This document shows positions 43,499 to 57,100 of a DNA stretch of 64,000 bases, one piece after another. The position numbers and the translations under genes were made by a program. Each line of letters opens with the position of its first letter. Within the stretch, counting starts at the first letter, position 1. The notes below the pieces were generated by a model. It worked only from the letters and a program-made list of their open reading frames with translations, was not told the origin of the DNA and did not search any database. The stretch is from Cyanophora paradoxa CCMP329 (taxonomy: Eukaryota > Plantae > Glaucophyta), in assembly GCA_004431415.1 (NCBI GenBank), contig QPMI01000044.1, forward strand, positions 248,001 through 312,000, in the 5' to 3' direction.

Positions 43499-45639
43499 AT
43501 CCTTGCGGCTTTGCCTGCGCATGCCAGCGGTGACCTGGTCGCTGCGACAGGCCAACCGGCGCCAGCTGCAGCCTGAGCTCGAGTCGACGTGGTGCCGTGG
43601 TGGGGTCCCTGATCACGATCATAATTATATAAGCTCGCCTCGGCCCTTGGTCCTTGGACCGGATCGATCCGCCTTTAGTTTGTTCGCCTCATTTTCGGCT
43701 GTTGATCATCGGATTGATATTCAGATCGGCTATTCACATTGATATTCATACCGATCAGTGGATTTGATAAAGGGCGCCCACTGCGGCGCGCGCTCGTAAA
43801 GCCTTGAAGGGTCGTGCTCGACGCTGCTCGTGCACGCGCGCCGCTGCGCGGTCCGGGGAATTCGAAGGCCCGAGGGAAAAATCACACACGTACACGCGCG
43901 CGCGCGGCGCGCCGGCGCCGCGCCGGATCCGGAGCGCCGGCGCCGCGGGCCCGCGAGGGCCGCGACCGAATTCAAAGTCCCCGAGTCCAGGGGCCGCGCC
44001 GGCCGGTTCGAATTCGAATTCTTGTCCGGCGCGGCAAATTGAAGGCCGCGGGGCCGGAATTCGAATTCGAACGTATCATAGTATAACCGGCTGCATATGC
44101 AGGGCCATTGCAGGCCAGAGGATACGTACGAACTAGTACGGTACTACGTATGAAGGCCGGCACCGAATTCGAGCAGCCGGCGTCAGGCGGGGAATCCGGC
44201 CCCCGCCGGAGCCGACCCGGGGCGCCAGCTGCAGCCTGCAGCGGCGTGCACGCGTAGGGTGCACGAGCCACGGCCCACGGTGCACGTGTCCCTGCCTTAA
44301 GCTTCATGATCACTTTAATTTTGTGAATGACTCCTGTAAGCGAATGGGTTTTTTTCTCCCTGAATGTAGCTGGCAGACTAGTGGCAGCTGCAGCCTGCAG
44401 CCTGCAGCCTGCTGCCTGCTGCCTGCAGTCATGCTGACTCAGTGAGTGTCCGCCGGGCCGGCGCCGGCGCCGGCGCCGCCGGGCGCCGGCGCGCGGCCGG
44501 CGCGCGCGGCCGGCCCGGCCGCCGGCGCCGCCGGGCCGGCCGCGGGCGTACGCGTCGCGCGCCCGGCGCCGGCGGGCCGGCGCCCGGCGGGCCGGCGGCG
44601 GCGGCGCCGCGCCGGCGCCGCGCTGCGCGCGCATGCCCGCGGCCGGCGGCCAAACTTGAAAGCGCCGGCCATCATTGCCATGACTCAGTGATGCCGCAGT
44701 GCATATGCATGTATCATAGATTCATACTACCGGTAGCTATACTAGCAGTAGAATGCAAAACTATTACTGGAGAACTAGTTAATTTAGTATTTCGCCAAAA
44801 CGTACTGCCACTTTAGCAGCTGGTAAAGTTTTAGTAGGTCCGCCTAGGCCTTCGCAGGGCTTTTGTATTGCGGAGAGGGGCCCGGGGCCCCGCCTACCCC
44901 TACAAATTCGAAAACTTCTCGGCTTTAGCAGGCGGGAAATATTTAGTAGATCGCTCAAAAACTTTTAGTATTATATGTGACGACGGTCCACTGACGGAAC
45001 GGTACGGACGTACGGAATTATTAACGGTACGGTGACGGCAACGTACCGGACCTATACTATACTGTCATACTGTCAATGTATAATTTAATGTTAGACGGGT
45101 ATTATGTTAGGGTATTATTATGTTAGGCGCGGAGAGACAAGGTAACCCATTCGCTTGAGGGGGTATACCATACTACCTCCTGTATGGAGGGGCCAGCGCT
45201 ACTACTGCTAGTATAGTAGTACTGCTGCGCTAGGCGCCGCTAGCATGCGCACCTCGTCTAACTTTAATTTGTCCACGTCTATCGTGGTGGGTGGGCAAAT
45301 GTCTAAAAAACGGTCTAACTAGCCTAGTAGCCAGTCCGGCAACTTTGTTTTTAACGTCTAACAGTGGGTCGGCAATGACTCGGCATCATATTTTCGGCAA
45401 CATGCACAGCCAGTCCGCCTAGGCGGCGGGTACATTGATCCCTCTTTTGCCATACACCTGCACAATTCTGGCAGTTTCAAATATTCGGCGCCGTGAGCCT
45501 AGCTATGCCATGCCGAATATTAATAGCGCGTAGACTAGAGGCTGTGGCCGGTAATTCACTATAAAAAATTGTTTTAGCTATGCCGAATATTAATAGCGCC
45601 GAATATTAAGTGCCGCCGGAGATTTCACGTTTCACAGTA

Positions 45640-46921
45640 CTGTAATTCGGGTAATATTTAAGACCCCAAAATAATTAGTAATCCCGGGGTTTGGTCGGTT
45701 TAGTAGGCTGAAAATAATTAAGAGTTGGCCGCGCGGACCGCTTTAGTAGCGGCCTTTAGAAGGGGGTGGGCGCGGCGCGCGCTAGGGGTCTAGATCTGTT
45801 GGAGCGTCCGAGCGCCCCCTCGCACTTCAGCTATAGCTAGCTTCTCCCGCGTCGCGCTGCAACTACGGCTGCGCTACGTACCCCCCAGCACCTCAGGTTT
45901 AGTATACGATAAAACTTTAGTAGTCGGGCGATAAACTTTAGTAGTAAAACTATAAAGATCCAGTATACTAAATATTTCCCGACTTACAGACTTAAGTTAC
46001 AGTAGTCGATCACGTGTGAGTACGTAGTGAGTCCGTGACGTACACGTGCACAGTACGTACCGTACGCGTACGGTCACAGCTCGTTTTTTTTACCGGTCGA
46101 CCCAACAGTGCCAACACGGCGAGTATCCGGTTTTCCTTAGAATTCCCCGCGGGTATTTGGAATTCCCCGGCTTTAGCTAGTGCAATCTACCCGCTAGCTT
46201 GCCGGCTACACGCTGACGTAGGCGCACTAGCCGGCTCGTAGCGGGTGAAAAGTTATCGCGATCGCCGGCTACCCTTGCCCATACAACGGGCATGTTGAGT
46301 CGATTAGGAAAAAAAACGAGCTGTGGGTACTACTAGCTACTAGCTAGTAGTACCGTACTACGGTAATACAGCGTTTTGCAATTGTCAGCGGAAAACGCAG
46401 AACCGTTTCGATATTAATTAATGCGGACCCAAATTAATGCGTTTTGTCAGCTAGCGAAAAACGCATTAATATTAATCAGGGACCGCAATCACGGTATATA
46501 TACCGCAATGTCACCGAGTCACCGACTCACCGGCCGCATTGATCATGACCGCATTACTTAATCAAGTGCGCGCATTACTTAAATATTTAGTATACTGGAT
46601 CGGATCTTTTTAAATTAGTACCAAAGTTTTGAGGGCTGAGTCCTAAATATTTACCGTATATTAAACCTGAATTGCGCTGGGGGGTACGTAGCTCTGTCGC
46701 GTCGGCGCAGCCGTATTTGCAGCGCGGGAGAGCTCCGAGGCTCGAGCGACGAGCGTCGACGTCCATCCAGCCGCCCACACCCTACTAAAGCTTCCTACGT
46801 ATACTAATCATTGAATATAAAGCGCTCCGTGGGCAACTCCTAAATATTTTCAGGCTACTAAACCGGCCAAAACTCGGGATTACTAAATATTTTGGAGTCT
46901 TAAATATTACCCGAATTACAG
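45640..46921. mobile_element. Foldback-like non-autonomous DNA transposon with ~340-bp imperfect arms, TA-flanked
   Basis: TA|CTGTAATTCGGGTAATATTTAAGAC ... GTCTTAAATATTACCCGAATTACAG|TA. Arm similarity continues inward to GATCCAGTATACTAAATATTT (45957-45977 / 46581-46601). Confidence 0.85.
46075..46325. mobile_element. CACTA/CMC-like MITE nested in the foldback element
   Basis: TIR CACAGCTCGTTTTTTTT / AAAAAAAACGAGCTGTG and 3-bp TSD GGT. Confidence 0.8.
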
Positions 46922-47895
46922 TAGGCACTGCCCACCGTGGCACTGGGCGGCCTGCAGGCTGCAGCTGGCCCCGCCGGCGCCTGGCCCGGCCTGGGCCGGC
47001 AGCAATTAATATTGCAACTTGCAAGGACTCCGAGGCTCGGACAGTAGAGTCGGCGCCGATCGCGATCGCGCGCGGCGATTCGCGAGTCGCGACTCGCGAT
47101 CGGCGAGTCGGCGGCGACTCCGCCTGCGAGTCCGACGGTCGGCGGCGACTCGGCGCATGAGAAGTCCGAGAATCCAAGGCTTTCCAAGCTGCAAGCTTTT
47201 AAGGGAGGTTGAATGGGACCGGCCCCCCGGGCTAGCGGGGTATCGAAGTACTTAACTTGTAAGTGCATCATCCCACCGTGGGCCGTGGCACCCGGTGACC
47301 GCGGCCGTGGCACCGTGGTGACGGGCACTGACGGCGTGGTCCGTGGCACGGGCGGGGAGTCGGGGACTCGCCGCCGAGACTCCGGATCCCGAGTCCCGAC
47401 TCCCGACTCCCGAGTCCGGGAGGACCGGGACTCGCCGCCGGGACAGTTATCGATAACATATAGTGCCATAATAATAATAAATTTTAATGGTGCTAAAGAT
47501 TATCAATAGCGGTCACGATTTGCCAAGAATTAATAATACCATCACTGGCCCGCGCGCGGGGGAGTCACTGAGTTGTCTTGCTGCCGCAGATCTAGAGTCT
47601 AGACTGCCCGCAGTGCGTGCGCGCGCCTCACGCGCGCCTGGCGCGCCGATCATGATCGTCGGGTCGCTTTAAAGTTTGAGCTCGAGCGACCGTCCGCCGC
47701 GGTCCGCGGTCCGCGACCGATCCAAGCGTACGTCTGGCCCGGCAGTCCGGTCGGCCGAGCATACTAGTACGTAACATCAGATCAGCCGCAGCGGCCACAT
47801 ATATGCGATCAGCGCCGCGCCCATCGACTCTAGATCTCCGGCTCGGCCTAGGCCTGGTGCAAACGGGGCCGGCTGCAGGCGATTGTCCTCGGCCA

Positions 47896-49851
47896 TGCTG
47901 CGCGTCCTCCTCTCTTTCAGGCGACGGAAGTCGCCTGCGAGCCCGCAGCCCGCGGGCGCCGGCCCCAGCGCGCAGCCCGCCGCCCCGAGCATGCATATGG
48001 TTCGACACGTACCGGACCCGTGCGCGGTGGACGCCGAGACGAGCCCCGAAATGCGCGCCGCGTTCTCGGTGCGGGCCCCGAATCCTTCGACACCGGCGCG
48101 AAGCCCGCGCCAGCCGGGCGCCGCGCCGCGCCACCTCGCATTTGTGGCAATTTGGTGCCCGCCGGCCGGCGCTGATCATGACTCGTCACCCGCAGCTGGT
48201 GGGCGCCAGCGTCACCTCGCCGGGCGTGGAAGAGATCGACTTCGACTCGTACGTGAGCCTCTACATGTCACTGGTGCGCCCCGCATGCCCCGAACATTTA
48301 CGTTAACCCCCGCCCCCCGTGCGCGCGCGCCGCGTTTCTGATCGCGCGCGCCGGCGCCGGGCCAGTTCCGGGCCCTCGCCATGCCCGGAGAGGTGTTCGA
48401 CGAAGCCGACGCGCGCAGGCGGGCAGAGGTGCCCTCGCCCCGGCCTCGGCCGCTCGCGCCGCCCCCGGCCCGGCCCGGCCCGCCCTTGGCCCGGCCGTTT
48501 CTCGCGCGGTCTGTTAACCAGTTAACCAGTCCACCAACCCTCGCCTGCGCGCGCGCGCAGAACGATTTCCAAAGAGACAGTGCTGGGAGGCGCGCCGTCC
48601 CGCTGACCACCCTCGCGGCCGCCCTCGTTTCCCTCGCCGGTGTGCACCCGATCGGGATCCTTTTTTTTCCCCGTTCCAGGCGTCCCAAGCGAGCGTACCC
48701 CGCTTCCGTAGGGCTCTGGGTACAGGCTGAAGAGGAGGCGGAGCGCGCGGCCGGCCAGCGGGCCGCCCGGAGGGCCTCGATGGAAGACCTCATACCCCCC
48801 TCCTCGCCCTCCCCCACCCCCTCCAGCACCCGTTCCGTCGCGTCCGATCCCAGCTTCCCATCCTCCGGATCCCCCCGAAGGAACCACGTAGCCCCCGCCA
48901 GCTCTTCGTCCCTGGGCGTACCCCCCGGCTCAGGCGAGCCGAGCCGGGCCGTTCTTTTTCTCGAACGGCTCCGCCGGCTCGTCACGCAGGAAGACGGCTC
49001 GGGCCGCCTCGCCATCGTGCCCTTCCAAGACGTACCCCTGGGCAAGGGGCGCCCGCCCGCCCTCCGGCCGCGGCCCTTCCCGCGCAGCGTCTCGGTACCA
49101 GCCAGGGCGTCCCGCCGGGTACGCTTCTCGCTCCCCGGAACAGGCGGCTGGGCGGGGGACGAGATCGAAGGGGACCCGACCTCGAATGCGGAGGCGGCGC
49201 CAGCGCCCGTCCCGTCGACGTCGACCTCGAATCCGAAATCCGCTTTCCCGCCCCCCATTCCCAGGCACAGGTCCAGCGGTTCCCTTGCGGCGGACGGCCA
49301 CGCCCGCGCCGGAGGGCTGGCCTCCGCTTCCTTCGTCGACTCGCCCCTCGGGGTCGTGCCGGGGCCCCCGTACCCGTCCCCCGTGCTCGAGTTCTTCCGC
49401 GGGGCCAAGGGATCCGTGTCCGACCGCGGGCCCCGCCGCCGCGCCGCGCCACCCGACTCCGTCGAGTCGCCCTCCTCGTGCGCACCCCCCCCCCCCCCCC
49501 CCCCCCCCACCCCCTGCGAACCGAGCCCGTGCGCGTCTGACCGGCCGGCGCCACAGCCTCCCCGCCATCGGCGGCTTTGAGCCGCGTCCTCCCCCGATCC
49601 CGAGACCGGAGCCACAGCGGAACGGCGCGTCTCCAGCCGCACAGTCTCCGCGCGCCCGCGCAGTCGCGCATACCAGCAGCATAGACGAGGTGCGGCAGAG
49701 TGTCGCAGCAAGGCTCGGCCTGCCGCCCGTGGCCCCCTTGCTCCCGAGCACCCCTCCCGGGGCCGGCGATCGGCCGCCGGCGCCGGCGCCTCGGTCCCCA
49801 ACCATGCTTGTGACGCCGCCCCAAGGCTCTGTAGCTGTCCTGTCGGTCTGA
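47896..49851 (+). CDS. Uncharacterised multi-exon protein (possible degenerate EF-hand-like region, Pro/Ser-rich tail)
   Basis: Short GT-AG introns join EMRAAFS|LVG..EEIDFDSYVSLYMSL|FRALAMPGEVFDEADARRRAE|NDFQRDS. Probable homopolymer frameshift at poly-C ~49485-49509. Confidence 0.55.
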
Positions 49852-51157
49852 ACGCCCGTACAGTCTTTTTTCTTCCCGTACAGTTTTTCTCGTAGCCAGG
49901 TTCCCCAGACGTCGCGAATCGACGCCGGGAATCTGAATCACATCCTTACCTTCCTCGTCCGTAGTCCCCATTTTGATTCCGCGGGTTGTAGAGCTCTTCA
50001 TGCTGGTTCAACGGTTGCCCTCTAATACTTTTTGTCTTTTTCTATCGATATCATTTATTTAAAGCGTAAGACTCGTATACAGCGGTCTGCAATATTTTCC
50101 TGAAGCCCGTCGACGGTACTGTAAAGCTCTTTATGCTTACTTCCATGCATCGCTGTATTGTCGATTTTGAATCACGACTTGGCAAGTTGCAAGTAATTTT
50201 TCTGTCATGGGCTCCGCCGCTAGCGCTAATTATCATAGTATATATCTATATAGCCCATGTCCTCTCATATGCATGATGACGTGTAGGGCTCTAGATTTCT
50301 ACTAGTACTGTTACGTGGCATGGCCATATGCATGATCAGTGTACGATGATCTCATCGTTGATGTTAACTCAAGCTTCCAAAGAAATTATCCAAAGATCGG
50401 CCGGATCCGGATTGAGGGGTGCGCTTATAATTTTAAGGCTTGTGTCACAGCTGCAGTCATGATCACACATATGCATATGCTGAGTGTGTAGATCTAGATG
50501 TATAGCTAAAATTTAAAGTCTCGTGAATCATGAACTCGTGGAGCTAACGAGCCAGCTGCAGACGATATACATGTACAAGTCGACTCGGCGACGTCTCGAC
50601 TCGGCGAGCTCACGCCTGCAGGCTGCAGCTGTAACGCGTACATACACATTGACCTTGTTCGAATTCAAATCGACCTGCGTATGCGGCACTGTACATGTAT
50701 GCGAACGTCGATCTTGGTCAAAATGGCAAATTAGAATCACTGCGACTCAGGCCCACCGAGCTTTGAGTGAGGACTGCGAAGCTGAAACCTGATCTACACC
50801 TACTACAAGTACTCTACAGAATTCAAACGGCGTGTGCGCTGCCTACAGCTATAGCTATAGCTAGTAATAAACGTACACGCACAGTAACTGCGTCTACACA
50901 TACATCTAAATACGCAGAATTCTAAATAAGCGAACGAATCCGAAGGGTCTAGATCTGATCACAATGGCGAGCGGGTACGGAGTATCAGGCTCTGAATACG
51001 GCTGAAGTCTTTTGAAGAGCTGAAAAACAAACACATATAAGCGAATATACGGAGAAACGCGAATATACACAGCAGGCGATCGATATCGATATCTGGACTG
51101 CAAAACGTCTGACCGAGGGATCTGCCCTAACAGTAAACGTGCAGGCGCCGGGCGCGC

Positions 51158-54100
51158 TCAGTCGTCGCCGACGGAGTTGGAGAAGTAGGAATGGAGGTAC
51201 TCGACCTCGAAGATGAAGCGCTTGGGGATCATCATGAGCATCTGCGACGTCCGGTTCGCCTCGTCCATCAGCCCCCGCACCATCGGCTTGAACAGCAGCT
51301 GCCGCCCCGCCCCGTCAGCGCCGGCGCCAGTTCGCCGCCCGCCCGCCCGCGCGAGAGCACGCACGAAGTAGAGTCCGGTGAGGAAGACGAATGCGATGGT
51401 CATGATGACGGCCTCGATCATGAGGATCATCGCGATGTTCGCCTCCGTCTCCTGCGCGCGCGCCCCCGCCCCCGCGTCAGCGGACGGGAGCGGGAGTGGG
51501 AGCCGGTAGCCTCGAGCTCGCGCCTGTATGTAGAGATCGATGGCGGTGCGCATTCCGCGGTCGAGGTAGCGGCGCGAGATGATTTCGATCTCCTTGAGCG
51601 ACTGGCTCGTGCTGTACGTGTACTTGGCCTGCGAGGTGCAGCCCTCGATCTCGCACAGGTTGTCCTGCAGGATCTGGAGGCAGCCCGACAGGTAGCGCTC
51701 CGTCAGCGAGTTGAGGCCCACCATGACTGCGCGCAGGGCCGGCCGCCTCAGAAACGGCGAAAGCAGAGCCAGAGCTAGTGACGGGTGGGCGCAGGCGTAC
51801 ACATAGCGCGCTCCCGCGGAGTGAGGTCCGAGCAGTCGCCGCTCTCGGCGAGGCACTGGTTCTTGTCGTAGTTCAGGCGATCCTGAGAACGGGGGGGGGG
51901 GGGGAGAACGCAGGTCAGATGCAGCTGCACGATCCAGCTGCGAAATCTGCACCTGAGGGGCGTAGCGGTTGTCGCTCCCCGGCAGCTTCAGCGACGGGCT
52001 GCCGAACTTCAGTCCAAGGTCGATCTCGCGGAACAGCTCCATGTTCGTCTGCGCAAAGGCGTCAGATCGTGCAGCGGCGGGCGGGCGCCGCGGGGCGGGG
52101 CGCGCGCCTGGAAGCGGCTGATCATCGTCTCGCGGGACATGACGATCGACTGGTTAAGGTACAGCTCGCGCGCGAAGAACATCATCCTGCGGGCCGCGGT
52201 CGGTCCCGGCGGGCCGGCGCCGGCGCGGGGGCGGGGGCGGCGCACTCGCGGGCGAGGGAGCGGCGGACGCCGGCCTGCATGACCTCCTGCGCGAAGGACC
52301 GCGACGACTCCTGCGGGGGCCCGGCGTGAGTCGCGCGGCCGGGCGCGGCGCTCGGCCGGGCGCGAGGGGGCGTGATTTCGCGGTATATCGCGAGTTTGCG
52401 CAAAATCCCGACAGCCTATCGCGGCCCGCGCTCCCGCCGTTAGCGGTCTTGCTGCTTATGATTAAGCATCCCCGTTCATCAGAACAGCAGACGATACCAC
52501 TGCGGCGCCAGTCAGCATGCGCAGACGATTCCAAGGGGGGGGCTCGGGACGCACTGAAAAAGAAGCAGACGCCTTTGAAGACACCAGATTAAAAGAGGAC
52601 GCCAGGCGAAGGGACAGACGGGACGGGGCGAGAGCGGGGCGAGCGAGCGAAAGAGTCAGCAATGGGGCCACGCGTACGCGCCATAAACCACAGCATGGTA
52701 GCTTGGGGGAGACGGTTCGGGGAGTGTGTCAGGGCGTGCGTTCGGGAAGGGGGTTCGGGGAGGGGGTAGTGTGTTCGGGGAGGCGTATCGGGGAGGGGGT
52801 TCGGCCTTGGGGGAGGGGTACTGGGAGCGGTTTCGAGGGGGGGGAGCTTGCGTGTCGAATGAGTGGGAAGGCGGGGCGACGCGTTAACGAGATGGAACGT
52901 AGTGGGCAGTACGTAAAACCGGAGTCCCACGGGCACTCGGAAAGCGAAATACCGATATTCGCTCCGCAGACCTGCGCGCGGGGCCGAGCAGTCGTCGGCG
53001 GCGGCAGCGGCGGGGCGGCGGCGTGGTGGGGCGGGGCGGGGCGGACGAGGGTGATGAAGGTGAAGCCGAGGACGTACTTCATCGTGAGCCGCCGCAGCGT
53101 CTTCGCCGCCGCATCCGTGAACCTGCGCCCCGCGCCGGCGGCGGCGTGAGACCGCGCGCGCCATGCGCGGCTCGGATCCGCATGCGCATCGCGCACTTCT
53201 TGTCGATCTCGTCGGCGATTTTAGAGGGGTGCTCGCCGCTGGGCGCCTGCCCATCCGTGCTCGCGGCGTCGGTCCCGGCCTTCTCAGTCTCCTCCTCCCC
53301 GCCGTTGGCGAGCGCGCCGGCGGCGCCCTTCTCGTCGACTTTGGCGTCCCAGGCGCTCTTCTCGGCGGGGCCGCCCGCGAGGATGCGCTCGAGGAAGCCC
53401 TTCGAGAGCGGCTTGAGGTCCTCCCGCGACTCGGCCCGCGCCAGCTCGATCCCCTCCCTGCCCAGCGCTTGGACGGCCCCCGGGTGGCTGCCGGCGCGCG
53501 CGTACTTCGAGTCGGCCCGGAGCGAGTTGCCGCCCCGCAGGCTCGACCGCCGCGGCCGCGGCGCCGGCGCCGGCTCGCCGCCGAACGCCGTGACGTGCGA
53601 GGCCGCCGGCGCCTTGACGGAGGACCCCAGGTCCATGCATACGGTCATCATCGACATGTCCTCGTTGAGCTTCTTCGCGCCCTTCGAGCTCGCCTCCTCT
53701 GCGCGGGGCGACCGTCGGCGACAGCGAGCGAGAGCGGCAGCCACGGCTTCGAAGGCCGGGCCGGGCGGGGCGCACGGAGGGGCGGCGAGGAGAGGCCGAG
53801 GACGTCGAGGGGGCTGTGCGGGCTGTTCGAGCCGGCCCCCGAGCTCGAGTCGACCGGCTGCTCCTGCTCCTCCCGCTCGTCGTCGCTGCGGCCCGCGATC
53901 AGCGCCGCCCGCCCGCGCCCGCCCCTCTAGGCCTCGCGCACCTCCGGCTGAAGGTGAGGACGTCGCTCACGACGTGGGGCAGCGCCGGCACCGCGGGGCG
54001 GGCGCCGGCGGCGGCGACCGCCGCGGCGACGTCCTCCATCGAGGACGGCCGCAGCCGCGCCGAGCACTTGGGCGACGCCGTCGGCCGCGGGGGCGCCTCC

Positions 54101-57100
54101 TCCGTCGGCGGCGCCAGCTGCTCCGCCCGCGGCGTGGTCGAAGTCTTCAGGTGCATGCTGGCCGAGCGCGGGGCGACCTGGCCGCGCTTGACGCTCGCCG
54201 ACTTGTGCGGGTGCGCCGCCGCCTCGCCCTCGCTGCCCGACTCGGCGCCCTTCTCGTGCTTGCCGTGCTTGCCGTGCTTCGCCTTGTGCCTCTCGTGCTC
54301 GTGCCGCTTCTTCTCCTCCGCCGCCGCGACGTGCGCCGCGTGCTTCGCCTCGCGCCGCTCCGCCCGCTCCTGCTTCTTCTCCGCCTTGCGCTCCTTGCGC
54401 AGCCGCTTCTTCTCTGTCTCGCTGTCCTCCGTCCCGTCCGTGCGGTGCGTGTGGGCCCCGTCCTCGCCCTCGCTGCCTTTGGCCTTGGGCGCCTCCGCGA
54501 AGTTCTCGATGCTCTTCGCGCTCTTGAACTTCACCGCCTGCCGCGCGCCCGCCCGTCAGCCGGCGGCCCGCGACGCGCGGCGCCGGCGCCGGCTCGGGCG
54601 AGCGCGCCTTGTCGTCGTCCCCGTCGTCGTCGGAGCTGGACTCGTCGGACTCGTCGGCGGCGCCGCCGAGCTTCTTGCGCGAGTAGTGCTTCGAGATGGC
54701 GCGGATCACCGGCCGCGGCACGTTCATCAGGATCTGCGGGCCCGGCCCCGTCAGCGCCCGCGAAACCCGCGGGGCGCGGCGCGGCCCACCTCGACGATGC
54801 CCTTCTGCATCGCGTTGACCTTCTTGAACGCCGGCTGCGGGGAACAGAGAAGCGGCCGTCAGCGCGGGACTGCCGCGGCGGGGCCGCGAAAACCCGCGCG
54901 AGAAAAAGCAGCCGAGGCCGGCGGGCCGCGCAGAAAACGCAGAATTGAGGGTCCACTCAACGCGAAAAACGCCGAAGATGAGCACTAAAATGGCTGTGCA
55001 GAAGATGCCGAGCATGCCGCCCAGTACCCCCCCGGACCGCTGAATTGCTTGGGAGGGGTTAGCAAAGGAGTTGGGCATAGTAACCACTGGGCAGACCATT
55101 CGTAATCTAATCGCGCGGATGCGAGCAAAAGCAGGAAATAGCGGGAAAGCAAGCGCAAAAACACCGCCCAGTCAGTACAGATCTCACCCGGAAGATTCCG
55201 AAAATCAGGACTAAGACGGTCGCCACAAAGACGCCAAGGAGGCAGCCAAGAGTCACTCTAGAGCGTTCCGAGCTAGAAATAATCTGCTCCGAACTGACGG
55301 GTCAGTTTAGCTCCAGCTGATGTCGACGTCTGGTTCCGGCCTCCAGATCCGGGAGGGGAGGGGCGGGGAGGGGCGGGGCCGGTTGGGGAAAGCGGGGAGG
55401 GCGGGGCGTCCACCTCGTCGGTGTAGGCGGTGACGGCGCGGCGGGAGCCGTCGAGGATGCCGAAGACGCCGTTGCGGATCACCTGCCGGGGGCGGTCGGG
55501 CGTGGGCCGGGGGCGGGGCCCGCAGCTGGCGGGTGGGCGGCGTCAGTGCGCACGAAGCGGAAGAGGGGGTTCATCTGAACGTCGACGAGGTCCTCCATCC
55601 TCGCGAACTGGAACTCCCGCGCCTGCCCCGCCGCCGGGCGCGCGTGCCGACTCCGCGGTCAGCAATGAACAGAGGCGCAGGCGGCTGCGCATGCGGCTGC
55701 GGGGCGGAGGCGCACGTTATCGCTGTAGAGGTTGCCGGCGTCCCACAGGTTGCGCTGCAGGGTCGTGATGCGCTCCGGCGGGCCCGGGTTCCACGACTCG
55801 ATGGCGATCGAGGGTGTCGACCACGCGGCTCGGACCGTGGAGTCCGACGAGGCGACGTTGCCCGGGTCGCTCGTGAGGTAGAGCATGCGGTGGTACTTCA
55901 GGAACTCGTCCACGGCCTGCGAAAACGCGCGAAAATCAGAAAGCTTTAAGGAAGATCCGAAGGCCCGAGGGAAGGGCGCACCACGTTGAGCAGGTCCTGC
56001 TGCTGCTTGAAGGTCTCCGCGTCGTTGTCGAACGCGATCAGGTTCAGCGACCGCACTGCGCCGCGCGCGCGCGCCAGCCGTCAGCGAGTGGAAACGGAAG
56101 GCGCGGGGGGCAGCGGGCGCGCCGTAGTAGGTGATGTCGCTGATGGCGCGGCGCTCCTGGCTGATCGTCCGGCTCCGGTTGATGCTGCCCGCCGCCGGCC
56201 GCCGTCAGCGCCGCACCGCGAAGCGGGGCGACGATCGCGAAGCGGGCCGGACCTCTTCCCGTACTGCTCGAAGAGATCGCGGACAACAGCGTAGGTCACG
56301 GCAACGATCGCCATGAGCACGATCAGTCCCGTGATAATGCTGCGCGCACGCGCGGCGGGTTCAGCCGAGTTCGGATGAAAGCTTAAACAGACGGGGCGCG
56401 GGCGGGGGCGCGGGCGCACCCGTACGAGAGGCGTTTGACGGCGTCGACCTCCTTGGTCTGGATCTTGTACTCGCGGCCGCGGCGGCGGCGGCGCTTGGCC
56501 TGGCCGGCCTGGGAGGAGCCCTCGGAGCCGGTCCCCTGCGAGTGGCTGCCCGTCCCCGAGCTGTCGTCGTTCGTGCGCGAGTGGTCGCCCTGGCTCGAGC
56601 CGGCGCCGCGCAGCTTGGCCTCCTTCTCCTCGATCTCGTCGGCGCGCTGGAACTGCACGGCGGCCTTCTCAGGCTCGTTCCCCACGTCCTCCAGGTACGT
56701 CCCTGCGCCGCGCGTGAGGCCCGGCGCCCGTCTGGCCGCAGGTTCCGGGGCGGGGCCCGGCGGGGCGGGGCGGACCGTAGGCGCGGAGGAGGACCTTGGA
56801 GTTGGGGTACTTCTTGACGAGGTTCTCGTAGGCGGAGGTGGCGAGGCGCTTCTCGGCGTAGATGCCGGCGAGCTTCTTGGGGACGTCCTCCACGACCCCC
56901 GTCCCCAGGTTCCCGTTGCTCTTCTTCGCGAGGTACCGCCAGAAGGCCTTCAGCAGCCGCAGGCACTCCTTGTGGTGCTTCTGCGCCTCCCCGTAGAAGC
57001 GCTTGAACTCGAGCATTCCCACGAAGTTGAGCTCCTCGCCGATGGCGCCCCCCGTGTTCATCTGCTCCCAGTCCCGTCGGATTGACGAGAGCGCGAACCT

